A DNA stretch of 64,000 nt from sequence record OP380601.1; one strand, written 5' to 3'. The first letter of the stretch is position 1. Each line of letters opens with the position of its first letter. The notes below the pieces were generated by a model, which did no database searches, was not told where the DNA came from, and saw only the letters and a list, made by a program, of their open reading frames with translations. The position numbers were made by a program, and so were the translations under genes. Shown piece after piece: positions 55,001 to 62,378 of this stretch.

Positions 55001-55784
55001 TACCCGGCATGGTTGCGTTATTACAATCATCATCAGTTGGGCGATCATAAATAGCCATTGCACTAATGTCTTGTGGAGTAGGCATATTCCCACGATGGAG
55101 AATATCATAGTTTACCCCACCCTGAAGAACTTGAGGTTGTATGCCAGATGCCATACTAATTCTGAATTGAGACAAAGGTGTACCAAACCATCCAGACAAC
55201 ATCATCTTTTGATCTGCAATATCTCTATCTTTTTTACCGGATTGAAAATATCCAATAGCTCCAGAAACTACGATTCTTTGTGCGTATGTGTCGTCCATAT
55301 TTTCAAGACCGGAATTTGAGGTTGCTGTAATTTTCCCTTGTGAAGAGAAATTACCAGTAGTAGCTAAATTTCCATTTACCGTATCCCCATCTCTATTAAC
55401 TACGTTAAATGGATGGTTGTCCAATTTAGTTTTATCTACCGCACTCATCGAACCCGCAGCAGTTGGAGTTGCCGGATCTATAGATACAGTCGGATTTATT
55501 CCGGTAGTTACTCTAATAGGTGTAGTTCCACTAACTGATTTAACTGATGTGGAATCTTTACCATCTACGTATGATTTGTTTGTGGCATCATTAGCCAATA
55601 CAGGAGTAGGAACTGTAGCACCTGTAGTAAAATCTTTTTTTCCGGCGATAGTCTGATTATTTTTGCTATCTACCAGCTCCATATCCTTGTAGAATATTTT
55701 CCCATCTTGAGGGGAAACCGGTAGGTTTGTTTGTGTCCAAACCAGACTTCCCCCAGCAGTAGATGAACTCTTCAATTCTGCCAT
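52038..55784 (-). CDS. 36: long tail fibre, gp36-like N-terminus, pyocin-knob-like domains
   Basis: MAELKSSSTAGGSLVWTQTNLP resembles T4 gp36; repeated KTGDTMTG fibre motifs; three knob-like domains. Confidence 0.8.
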   Translation of the reverse strand: MAELKSSSTAGGSLVWTQTNLPVSPQDGKIFYKDMELVDSKNNQTIAGKKDFTTGATVPTPVLANDATNKSYVDGKDSTSVKSVSGTTPIRVTTGINPTVSIDPATPTAAGSMSAVDKTKLDNHPFNVVNRDGDTVNGNLATTGNFSSQGKITATSNSGLENMDDTYAQRIVVSGAIGYFQSGKKDRDIADQKMMLSGWFGTPLSQFRISMASGIQPQVLQGGVNYDILHRGNMPTPQDISAMAIYDRPTDDDCNNATMPGNYGIFANTVNTPHGTGPSGSTLLVTRWGNGANTQMFFTYGSDRVFVRRQHINVWQPWFELYSTSNKQPVGGMGLGVGDAPNALTITGNVRDFNLAKTNGNFTVEGSWANGVDNTATSTGHTGILQVYQRAFDNLTIQKFMYWATAQSATNQREFTRTWINATDGWSDWVPSGQWETVNTYRTGILRRNTVGADDSVYPYVSYTKEKYRDTVAPGTYYTVGEISFRAGSANRYDPHSGDQLSRILGMVTNTATAGEYDGSLYFSSRLRRADGTVSDSSILAINREMGAEFTHAARKVQINTGRVTADDFLQNTTQSSLVNSSTRKDYVDAEVGTKVSKTGDTMTGALRIANNFHSVRDGIDKLTISTGTTDVFFRNGISSKLLQLKDNGSLEYSNQKIYHEGYKPTSTELGVVNIAGDTMTGNLIVDAGTTAEPQVGVRRSERRLYLADNGVTSGLYNIIGGSFVNMFMISRNINDGNLTVGVDNNNTIIRGAGNLKHGTADIYTTANKPSPADIGTLTTSEINAELAKQVSKTGDTMTGNLTTPKVLLSAVQGTEVNSAARRDFVISECAKQVTKTGDTMTGNLTAPKVLLSAAQGTEANSLTRKDYVDGLIAQQVSKSGDTMTGQLIVQSSTSLPLALKSTTLGVTSAQYLIGVDSTGASRWYVGQGGAGSADTFLYSYGHTAYIRVGADSISLSKDPISLVNQGTTAGSLVRKDYLESSLSTQTPANAIHLGTAANLNNIQTPGYYYQDLNSNASTANNYPTAQAGALVITKAAGIIQEYTVYATGVRYIRTYYTDWSAWALTYDSLRPPTAAAVGALALSGGTVSGNVTIVPSTAGQFRINLGSTYLEMGPKNSGYSHFTTNAGSGFYFYQPITCASTIFGTGVYDGGARVYSANNPPPAAQAAGNQLAGASYSAIGQFAMMTTAVNIGERGPGFVTAGSNLRWCSAEGNNVSSSVPPGNWRLMGYVLEGTYARWNTSLWQRVS
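53131..53420 (-). repeat. 129-bp (43-aa) tandem repeat in fibre gene
   Basis: GTCAT.GTATCGCC units at 53131, 53260, 53389. Confidence 0.85.
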
Positions 55785-55821
55785 CTTCGTTTCCTCGAAA
55801 AATTGTTTTGTATTACCTTAT

Positions 55822-55829
55822 TATTTAGG
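55822..55829 (-). promoter_or_regulatory. late promoter CCTAAATA
   Basis: Upstream of fibre gene. Confidence 0.8.
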
Positions 55830-55833
55830 TATT

Positions 55834-55861
55834 AAAAAAGGCTCCATTAAGGAGCCTTTTT
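55834..55861 (-). terminator. terminator after spanins
   Basis: A6-GGCTCC-ATTAA-GGAGCC-T5. Confidence 0.85.
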
Positions 55862-56143
55862 ACATTGTGGTTCATTTAATTCTTTTCTATAAGTACATAA
55901 CATTCGATTTTGAGAGTCTATATAAACTCCAATTTTCTCCAACCAAGCCCTATATCTTAAACTGTCTTCATATGTCATACCAACAAACGTTGTATCACCT
56001 TCTTTTATTACAGTCCACTTAGGAACATACGTTTTAACTGCTACTGGTCTATTTGGATGGAATGTTAATTTAGTTTCCGGTATCGGTTTTGAAGAACATG
56101 CAACTAATACAGAAAACATTAAGCCGATTATAATTAATCTCAT
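55847..56143 (-). CDS. pseT.2: o-spanin lipoprotein (Rz1/pseT.2-like)
   Basis: LVA-C lipobox, HP..P motif, overlaps i-spanin stop. Confidence 0.8.
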   Translation of the reverse strand: MRLIIIGLMFSVLVACSSKPIPETKLTFHPNRPVAVKTYVPKWTVIKEGDTTFVGMTYEDSLRYRAWLEKIGVYIDSQNRMLCTYRKELNEPQCKKAP

Positions 56144-56517
56144 TTACATTCCCCCATGGTAATACAATCCATTCTTACCCCAAATTCAACATAATCTTTC
56201 TGGATTAACTTCTCTACAAGCTTAGGTTTCTTATCTATAGCAACCTGACCACGCCCAGCATTCACTTCTAGTGTGTTAATTCGCTTGGAAAGCTCTCTGT
56301 TAGATTCCTGTTCAATCTTGCTATATTCACCGGACTGTAATTTGAAATCGCTTATACTCGTTTCTAGAGCGTTTAAACGGGACTTGGTAGTTTCCAATGT
56401 CTGAGTTAGTTCACCAATAACAATCCCTTGAGATTCTATCTTGTTTGTCATATACCAAGCAGACCCACCAATCGCAATTATTATCGCCAGAACTGCAAAT
56501 ATTTTGAGTTTCATCAT
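56140..56517 (-). CDS. pseT.3: i-spanin (Rz/pseT.3-like)
   Basis: N-terminal TM, coiled coil, KPKLVEKLI, C-terminal Cys. Confidence 0.8.
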   Translation of the reverse strand: MMKLKIFAVLAIIIAIGGSAWYMTNKIESQGIVIGELTQTLETTKSRLNALETSISDFKLQSGEYSKIEQESNRELSKRINTLEVNAGRGQVAIDKKPKLVEKLIQKDYVEFGVRMDCITMGECK

Positions 56518-56535
56518 TTATATTCTCCCATAACG

Positions 56536-56567
56536 AAAAAAGCCTCACCCATATTTAGGGGAGGCTT
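56536..56567 (-). terminator. terminator whose loop carries the late promoter CCTAAATA (56552-56559)
   Basis: Minus strand AAGCCTC-CCC-TAAATAT-GGG-T-GAGGCTT+TTTT. Confidence 0.8.
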
Positions 56568-56573
56568 AGGAGA

Positions 56574-57065
56574 TTATTTTTTATTCCATTCAACGCAAAT
56601 CAATTCAGTAAAATCACCATCGTCAATTGTATTTTCAATTATACGTGAGATAACTTCCCAATCTCCACCGGCTACACCAGCACCAATTTTAGGGAAAACT
56701 AATCGATATCCTTCATATCCATAATCTTCAGCTATATTTCTAAATGCGTCTTCAAGTGCATCGAGACGAAGATCCGCTCCCGGAAAGTATTGGGTGTATA
56801 GGTTGCATAGTTTACTTACACTTGCACCATCAGAAAGGTTTATATAACTATAATTCCCCAACATATCCATATTATCTTTGAAATACTTGTAATACCATTC
56901 ATCAGCCTGTACAGCTTCTGGAAAATGAATAGAGATTCCACCGGCAATACCGGATTTCATAGCGAGATGACAATTACATCCGTGTACAAAGATAGTAGGG
57001 ATTTTAAGCTGTTCTGGGTCTTTCATCATATCGATCATATCACCAGAAATATATTTAATTTTCAC
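56574..57065 (-). CDS. tk.4: macrodomain (ADP-ribose processing) protein
   Basis: VHGCNC...MKSGIA, NLYTQ, FPKIGAGVAGGDW; GTG start after AAGGA. Confidence 0.85.
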   Translation of the reverse strand: MKIKYISGDMIDMMKDPEQLKIPTIFVHGCNCHLAMKSGIAGGISIHFPEAVQADEWYYKYFKDNMDMLGNYSYINLSDGASVSKLCNLYTQYFPGADLRLDALEDAFRNIAEDYGYEGYRLVFPKIGAGVAGGDWEVISRIIENTIDDGDFTELICVEWNKK

Positions 57066-57327
57066 AATAAATTTCCTTATAAAATTCACCAATAACCCAA
57101 TCGGGAGAATAATTTAAGGTTGTTAGATTGACAGGATGAATATACGTAATTGATCCGGATACAAAATAAAACTTAACAATATTACTATCCAATTCGGCTT
57201 TAGATTCATCAAGGGTCACGAAGTCATATGCCCAATCATTAAAACCTAGATATTTGGCATTATTCAGGATCAATTCACCGGATGTACCAAATGATCTAGC
57301 AAGGTATTTAATGTCTTTGACGGTCAT
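57055..57327 (-). CDS. hypothetical protein
   Basis: Coupled ORF. Confidence 0.7.
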   Translation of the reverse strand: MTVKDIKYLARSFGTSGELILNNAKYLGFNDWAYDFVTLDESKAELDSNIVKFYFVSGSITYIHPVNLTTLNYSPDWVIGEFYKEIYCEN

Positions 57328-57599
57328 TCGTGGATCCTATAAAAATGAACACTTTCGACATTGTTAATATAAACAGTTCCATCATTTCGATAATATGGTC
57401 TTTCACCAAGAACATCATCAATGGAACAGATCGCAATAACGTTATCATCTTCGTCAGTATGAAATACACGAAAACCATCTTTCATCAGCTCATAATTGAA
57501 ACGGTTGCTTTCGCAACTATTTCTATATGCATGACGAGATTCTAATGAGCGGAATTGATACCGCCCTTCTACTACCATTCGATTTTCAGTTGAAAACAT
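57324..57599 (-). CDS. GoF/ComC-alpha-like protein
   Basis: RYQFRSLESRHAY..N..LM..GFRV..D..NVESVHF parallels recalled T4 GoF. Confidence 0.6.
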   Translation of the reverse strand: MFSTENRMVVEGRYQFRSLESRHAYRNSCESNRFNYELMKDGFRVFHTDEDDNVIAICSIDDVLGERPYYRNDGTVYINNVESVHFYRIHE

Positions 57600-58159
57600 T
57601 GTTTACCTTCCGAGTCTTTGGAAATAGTCATTTCGTATTTGGAAACACCTTCCATTACATTTGATACCAAATCAAGAATCTCAACATTATCGATTCTGAT
57701 ATGTTCAACTGGTTTAGGAAGCCCAGTCAGTTTCAATTCCCCAGACATACTCATACCTGAAAGATCCTTTGCAAAATCATCTTCTGGCTCTTTTTTCTGG
57801 GGAAGTTCTGGAACGTAAAGATCCTTCATGATAGCAGAATACAATACATCTTCATCGATTTGGGTATCCTCTTCCCGATCATCCATGTCGTAATCACGGA
57901 TCCATTCGAAATATTTACCAAAGTCTGACGTATTAATATGATTGATTTCGTCAATCTTCTCTACACCATTTACAATAAATCGACTAATGTATCCATCTTT
58001 ATCTGCGAATTTAAGAGAATCATTTGAAACATGCAATTCAATTGAACCATCTACATCGTGATTCATATACACATTCAAAATAAAATCTCGATTTTCCGCT
58101 GATTTAATAAATTTATCAATCAAATCGGAATTCCTAAAAACAAAAACAGCTACTTTCAT
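57572..58159 (-). CDS. GoF-like N-domain, acidic linker, C-terminal domain
   Basis: FVFRNSDLIDKFIK..N; SDFGKYFEWI; acidic linker as in T4 GoF. Confidence 0.5.
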   Translation of the reverse strand: MKVAVFVFRNSDLIDKFIKSAENRDFILNVYMNHDVDGSIELHVSNDSLKFADKDGYISRFIVNGVEKIDEINHINTSDFGKYFEWIRDYDMDDREEDTQIDEDVLYSAIMKDLYVPELPQKKEPEDDFAKDLSGMSMSGELKLTGLPKPVEHIRIDNVEILDLVSNVMEGVSKYEMTISKDSEGKQCFQLKIEW

Positions 58160-58174
58160 TTATTTTTCCTTATC

Positions 58175-58738
58175 TTAATCCATATAGGACGATACACGGG
58201 CAATTTTTTCACCAACAACATTGTTAATTTCTTCACAAATAATCTTGGTGATTTCTTCCTTGTAAGTCAAAGACTGATGACCACAAGAGGGAATTCGAAA
58301 CTTGGGATCCATAATTGAATCGGTTCCACTTTTATAAGCGATATTAAAACCAAGAGCTTGAACCTGTTCCTTCATCTTACGTTTGCGACCAAACTCAATC
58401 GATACCGATGCAAATCCACAACAATCCCAATCATGGGGGTGTTCTACCAGATAAGTTTTATGGTATTCGTCAATTTTTGCAATGACGCGAGCCACAAACA
58501 CAGGATTAAATCCGGTTTCTGGTTGAACTACTGTAGGAATTTTGGTTTCTTCCTGATAGTCAAGACAGGTCAATTCATCTTCCTCGTAATAACTGATCGT
58601 ACCATTAGGCCATTCGACTTTTGTCCAGATTTTAGGACTATGATCGACAACCTCACCGACAATACCAAAAGGATTTTCGTGGTCATTTTCACCAGAAAAG
58701 TTATTTACGTTAATCTGTACCATCGATCCTACTTTCAT
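58175..58738 (-). CDS. SH3-like domain plus C-terminal domain
   Basis: MKVGSMVQI..GEVV..VEWPNG..YEEDEL. Confidence 0.75.
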   Translation of the reverse strand: MKVGSMVQINVNNFSGENDHENPFGIVGEVVDHSPKIWTKVEWPNGTISYYEEDELTCLDYQEETKIPTVVQPETGFNPVFVARVIAKIDEYHKTYLVEHPHDWDCCGFASVSIEFGRKRKMKEQVQALGFNIAYKSGTDSIMDPKFRIPSCGHQSLTYKEEITKIICEEINNVVGEKIARVSSYMD

Positions 58739-58777
58739 GTTTACTTCCTCAGTTCTGTTGTGTTGTCTACGTGATAG

Positions 58778-58805
58778 ATATTACCAGAATGGGTCAGGAA
58801 TGCAA
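58778..58805 (-). promoter_or_regulatory. early promoter
   Basis: TTGCAT-16-(TGG)TAATAT, GTAGACA leader. Confidence 0.75.
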
Positions 58806-59029
58806 TCTTTTTCTATATTATAGATAAAATCATCATAATCGTATTGGTCAAAATATCTACCAGTCATAAAGACTTCATCATCAACCATAACCAACTCAAT
58901 TACCGGATCTTCATTGGTAGAATGCTTTTCCCAAACATATAGCACTTCATTATCAAATGTACGAAAATGTTTAACATCATAACGATTAGTGTATTTTACT
59001 TTTTCGAAAAATCCAGAATCAAGTTTCAT
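58781..59029 (-). CDS. hypothetical protein
   Basis: In-operon ORF. Confidence 0.7.
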   Translation of the reverse strand: MKLDSGFFEKVKYTNRYDVKHFRTFDNEVLYVWEKHSTNEDPVIELVMVDDEVFMTGRYFDQYDYDDFIYNIEKDCIPDPFW

Positions 59030-59030
59030 A

Positions 59031-59405
59031 TTACATACCCCATTCGGTTTCTATTACAGAGTTGCCAAAATCGACAGAACGTTCAAAATCATACATCTTG
59101 TTCATCAAATCACCAAACTTATCTTTGATGATCTTTTCCGCAGCATCCCTTACACGCATATCAAACGCATCAACATTATATTCCTGTTTAAGTTTGTTTT
59201 CCATAACTTCATATTGATATTTCATAAAGTTTTCGTATGAATCTACATGTTCAATCTGAACACCATTGATCATGATAGTAAGTTTAAATGGTTCGTCAAT
59301 CACTTCTTTACTACGGGTTTCTCGGATTTTCTCTAGGATCTCTTGTGATTGGTTGAGAAAAAGGTGATTAATAACAAGGTTAGCGTCGTCAAGTTTAAAA
59401 TTCAT
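59031..59405 (-). CDS. hypothetical protein
   Basis: Coupled ORF. Confidence 0.75.
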   Translation of the reverse strand: MNFKLDDANLVINHLFLNQSQEILEKIRETRSKEVIDEPFKLTIMINGVQIEHVDSYENFMKYQYEVMENKLKQEYNVDAFDMRVRDAAEKIIKDKFGDLMNKMYDFERSVDFGNSVIETEWGM

Positions 59406-59632
59406 GATGTTTCCTTAATTCCGTACATTGTGAAAATAATAAATACAATAACAAATAATATTATTTCTGGTGAATTTATTTCTTTTGCTCTATGAAGAAT
59501 AGAAAATTCTGATAAGACAGCAACCCACATTACAAAAAACCATCCATCCCCATCAACCCACGATTTATTCAGATAAAATGGAATGCTTAAAAATATCAAC
59601 ACGATAGAGACTATATATAATATATCAATCAT
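59402..59632 (-). CDS. membrane protein
   Basis: Three hydrophobic segments. Confidence 0.7.
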   Translation of the reverse strand: MIDILYIVSIVLIFLSIPFYLNKSWVDGDGWFFVMWVAVLSEFSILHRAKEINSPEIILFVIVFIIFTMYGIKETS

Positions 59633-59643
59633 AAGTTTTCTTC

Positions 59644-59982
59644 TTAGTCACTCAATTTACCAAATGGGAGTTCTTCAACGAATGCCCATGCCGCATGATA
59701 GACAGTTGCCCCGGGAGTTTCTGACATAAACACGGCATCTACCGGTGCAACTACTCGAAATAATGTAGGTTCCCCACCGATAGAGCGGGCCGCCCGCCTT
59801 GCATATACCTTAGCAAGTCCACGATCTTTTGTAAAGAAGACCCGATCTAAATTCTTCTTTCTACCTTTCTCAGATATCGTATCAGTCATTTCAGGAGGAA
59901 GCAACATATTTCCTTTAAGGCCAAGAGTACAGGAACCGTGATAGAACTCTACAAACTCAGGCTTACAATGGATGGTTTTCAT
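59644..59982 (-). CDS. ADP-ribosyltransferase-like protein (Arr-type fold)
   Basis: FYHGS..L..LLP...VFFT....A.VYA. Confidence 0.65.
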   Translation of the reverse strand: MKTIHCKPEFVEFYHGSCTLGLKGNMLLPPEMTDTISEKGRKKNLDRVFFTKDRGLAKVYARRAARSIGGEPTLFRVVAPVDAVFMSETPGATVYHAAWAFVEELPFGKLSD

Positions 59983-60008
59983 GTCTTATCTCCCTCAATG
60001 TCTAAAAC

Positions 60009-60380
60009 CTATTTTACACGACCCGAGCGAGAAGTAAAGCAATCTTTTGAAATTAATTTGATTGAACTACCCACACGTTTAAACTCCCAGATACAATTCA
60101 GGTATTTGGTTGTTAACGGATCCTCTTCGTCAAGATGACCAATCATAATTTCACTATCCCAGCTATAATTATCATGGTCGGCGGATACATGAAATCCGCA
60201 AAATTTATTGTATGACATACCAACATCTATACAAGACTCAGGCCACAATTCAATCAACCCATTGTCATTAATAGTCACCGCAAATTTATCAAATTTGTGT
60301 GTATCTACCGGCAACATAAGAGTTATGTCGTCGATCTTTACAGGTTTATTAAAACTTACAAAATTGGGTTCTTTACTCAT
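60009..60380 (-). CDS. hypothetical protein
   Basis: Start MSKEPNF after GGAG SD; ORF-track N-extension crosses a terminator. Confidence 0.7.
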   Translation of the reverse strand: MSKEPNFVSFNKPVKIDDITLMLPVDTHKFDKFAVTINDNGLIELWPESCIDVGMSYNKFCGFHVSADHDNYSWDSEIMIGHLDEEDPLTTKYLNCIWEFKRVGSSIKLISKDCFTSRSGRVK

Positions 60381-60411
60381 TTTTAACTCCATCATGTATT
60401 TTACAACCAAG

Positions 60412-60440
60412 ATACTATCATAATATTTTATAGTAGTCAA
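60412..60440 (-). promoter_or_regulatory. early promoter abutting terminator
   Basis: TTGACT-17-(TGA)TAGTAT. Confidence 0.75.
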
Positions 60441-60441
60441 C

Positions 60442-60470
60442 AAAAAAGTCCCCATTATGGGGACTTTTTT
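60442..60470 (-). terminator. terminator after tk
   Basis: AAAAAAGTCCCCA-TTA-TGGGGACTTTTTT. Confidence 0.9.
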
Positions 60471-61047
60471 AATAAGAGTGTGGCTTTCCAGAAGCCCAAT
60501 GTTTACGGCATACTGAAATATATCGGTCATTCCCACCAATACATACTTGATCTCCAATTACCTTATTTCCATTTTCATCAATTCTCATGTTCATGATAGC
60601 TTTTTTACCACACCAACAGATAGTTTTATGTTCTACTTTCTTTTCTGCTAGAACAATCAATGCCGCAGAACCTTCAAATAGTTCTCCATTTGAATCAGAC
60701 AAAAGTCCATAACACATAACGGGTACATCATACCAATCAACTATATTACTCAACTGTTTTACTTGTTTCTTAGACAAGAATTGCGCTTCATCTACCAGAA
60801 TACAATCAACATGCATACCAATATTGTAACTAAGAAATAAATCTAATAAGTGTTCGTCCGGACCGACCATAATAGAAGGACGTTTCAGCCCGATTCGAGA
60901 TGAAACAAAATCTCCATCACGATCATCTATTTTAGGTTTCAATACTAAAACCTTCATTTCACGTTCTTCGTAATTATGGGCAACTTGTAATAGACTTGTG
61001 GATTTACCTGAGTTCATAGCAGAGTAATGGAAATGGAGAGATGCCAT
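60469..61047 (-). CDS. tk: thymidine kinase
   Basis: YSAMNSGKST, ILVDEAQF, CYGL.SD..GELFEGS, ICWCG, YISVCRKH. Confidence 0.95.
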   Translation of the reverse strand: MASLHFHYSAMNSGKSTSLLQVAHNYEEREMKVLVLKPKIDDRDGDFVSSRIGLKRPSIMVGPDEHLLDLFLSYNIGMHVDCILVDEAQFLSKKQVKQLSNIVDWYDVPVMCYGLLSDSNGELFEGSAALIVLAEKKVEHKTICWCGKKAIMNMRIDENGNKVIGDQVCIGGNDRYISVCRKHWASGKPHSY

Positions 61048-61053
61048 ATTTTA

Positions 61054-61482
61054 TTATCCTTTTAATTTCATAAATTTACTAAATCCAATCTTACATTCGT
61101 TGATACCTTTATAAAATGTAAGAGGAAACGCATATGCATATTGTAACAGATCATCAATAGGAATGTCTACTCTATAAATTTCCATAAGTTTGTTTGGATT
61201 TTGAGCCAAAACCGCACTATATCTATGGTGTCCGTCTAAAATATAATCGTCATCGGATGTTATAATAGGAGCACACAAAACCGAGTCGGGAGCTGATACC
61301 ATATTTTTAACTTTGGCTTCGTTATATTCTGACTGAGTAGGAAGAAGAGACTTAACAGCAACTCGTTCTTTTCTATATGTAACACCTTTCTTTAACATAA
61401 ACTCTAAAAATACGGGTACATTCGCCACAGTTATTTGTGGCATTTTATCGCGGGATATTCCACGACTTTTTTCATATTTCAT
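61054..61482 (-). CDS. ParB/sulfiredoxin-like domain protein
   Basis: LLPTQ..PIITSDDDYILDGHHRY. Confidence 0.8.
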   Translation of the reverse strand: MKYEKSRGISRDKMPQITVANVPVFLEFMLKKGVTYRKERVAVKSLLPTQSEYNEAKVKNMVSAPDSVLCAPIITSDDDYILDGHHRYSAVLAQNPNKLMEIYRVDIPIDDLLQYAYAFPLTFYKGINECKIGFSKFMKLKG

Positions 61483-61502
61483 TTTATTATCTCCTAAAAC
61501 TA

Positions 61503-61510
61503 TATTTAGG
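61503..61510 (-). promoter_or_regulatory. late promoter CCTAAATA
   Basis: Upstream of ParB-like gene. Confidence 0.75.
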
Positions 61511-61513
61511 ATC

Positions 61514-61535
61514 AAAAAAGGCTCCCGAAGGAGCC
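61514..61535 (-). terminator. cUUCGg terminator after hoc
   Basis: GGCTCC-TTCG-GGAGCC-T6 on minus strand. Confidence 0.9.
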
Positions 61536-61539
61536 TCTA

Positions 61540-62334
61540 TTATTTCAAATCACTAACTTTCAAAAGGCGACCATTTCGGCTTTCCAGAAGGAAAACTTCA
61601 CCATAGTCATTAAATGCTTTAACAATTGTCTCAACTTCTTTTTTGTATTTCATAGTAGAGTAATCATCAAACCAATCAGATTTAGCTTTGATTTCATCAA
61701 TTACCCAATATCCAATCCAAGTAAATGAAGCGTTCCGATAACTTAATGGAACAACCGCCCACTCTGCAACCAATTCAACTGCTTCAGTTACACTCAATTC
61801 ACCAACATCAAACGTGGTAGAAGATTGGACTACCGATTCTTTTAGAAACGATTGAGATACGCCAAAAATAACACCATCATCTGAGATATCTACCAAATGA
61901 GTATAGCCGAGTGAAGTTTCACCATCTATATTCTCTACACCACGAACCCATTGAGTAGAAACATCAAACATATCGGTTATTGATGGATCTGTAGTTACTG
62001 GCGTATATTTAATTTCACCTTTGGTAACTACAAAAAGGGCGGAATCTCCAACAACTTTATTGACAACAGGTACAGGGTCTATTACTTCCGGTATATGTTC
62101 AACACACCCAAGCTCAAACGTATCAATTACATCATCTTCTTCAGCCTTAGAAGCTGTAACTGTATAAACCCCTACATCTGTATCTGTGAAGTTATTAAGT
62201 GTTTTTGTTTTACCAGATCCAGATATTACTGAAGAATCTTTTTTCCATACAAAAGTATATCCTTCGGAAGTACCACCCGTGACGGTTGAAGTCAAAGTAG
62301 TGGACTTACCTTTTACAATATAAACATAAGCCAT
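61540..62334 (-). CDS. hoc: head outer capsid protein with Ig-like domains
   Basis: Ig-like YxWxKD..D.GVYTV; C-terminal PL.YRNASFTWIGYWV..ESRNG capsid-binding motif. Confidence 0.9.
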   Translation of the reverse strand: MAYVYIVKGKSTTLTSTVTGGTSEGYTFVWKKDSSVISGSGKTKTLNNFTDTDVGVYTVTASKAEEDDVIDTFELGCVEHIPEVIDPVPVVNKVVGDSALFVVTKGEIKYTPVTTDPSITDMFDVSTQWVRGVENIDGETSLGYTHLVDISDDGVIFGVSQSFLKESVVQSSTTFDVGELSVTEAVELVAEWAVVPLSYRNASFTWIGYWVIDEIKAKSDWFDDYSTMKYKKEVETIVKAFNDYGEVFLLESRNGRLLKVSDLK

Positions 62335-62365
62335 TTTAATTTTCCTCTTATTTTATGTTCATTGG

Positions 62366-62373
62366 TATTTAGG
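62366..62373 (-). promoter_or_regulatory. late promoter CCTAAATA
   Basis: Upstream of hoc. Confidence 0.8.
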
Positions 62374-62378
62374 GAAAA

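Noticed and set aside
61054-61482. Plasmid-like partition system or temperate lifestyle from the ParB-like gene
   Set aside because: Only the N-terminal ParB/Srx domain is present, with no HTH, parA, parS or integrase; it is behind a late promoter in a lytic T4-like context.
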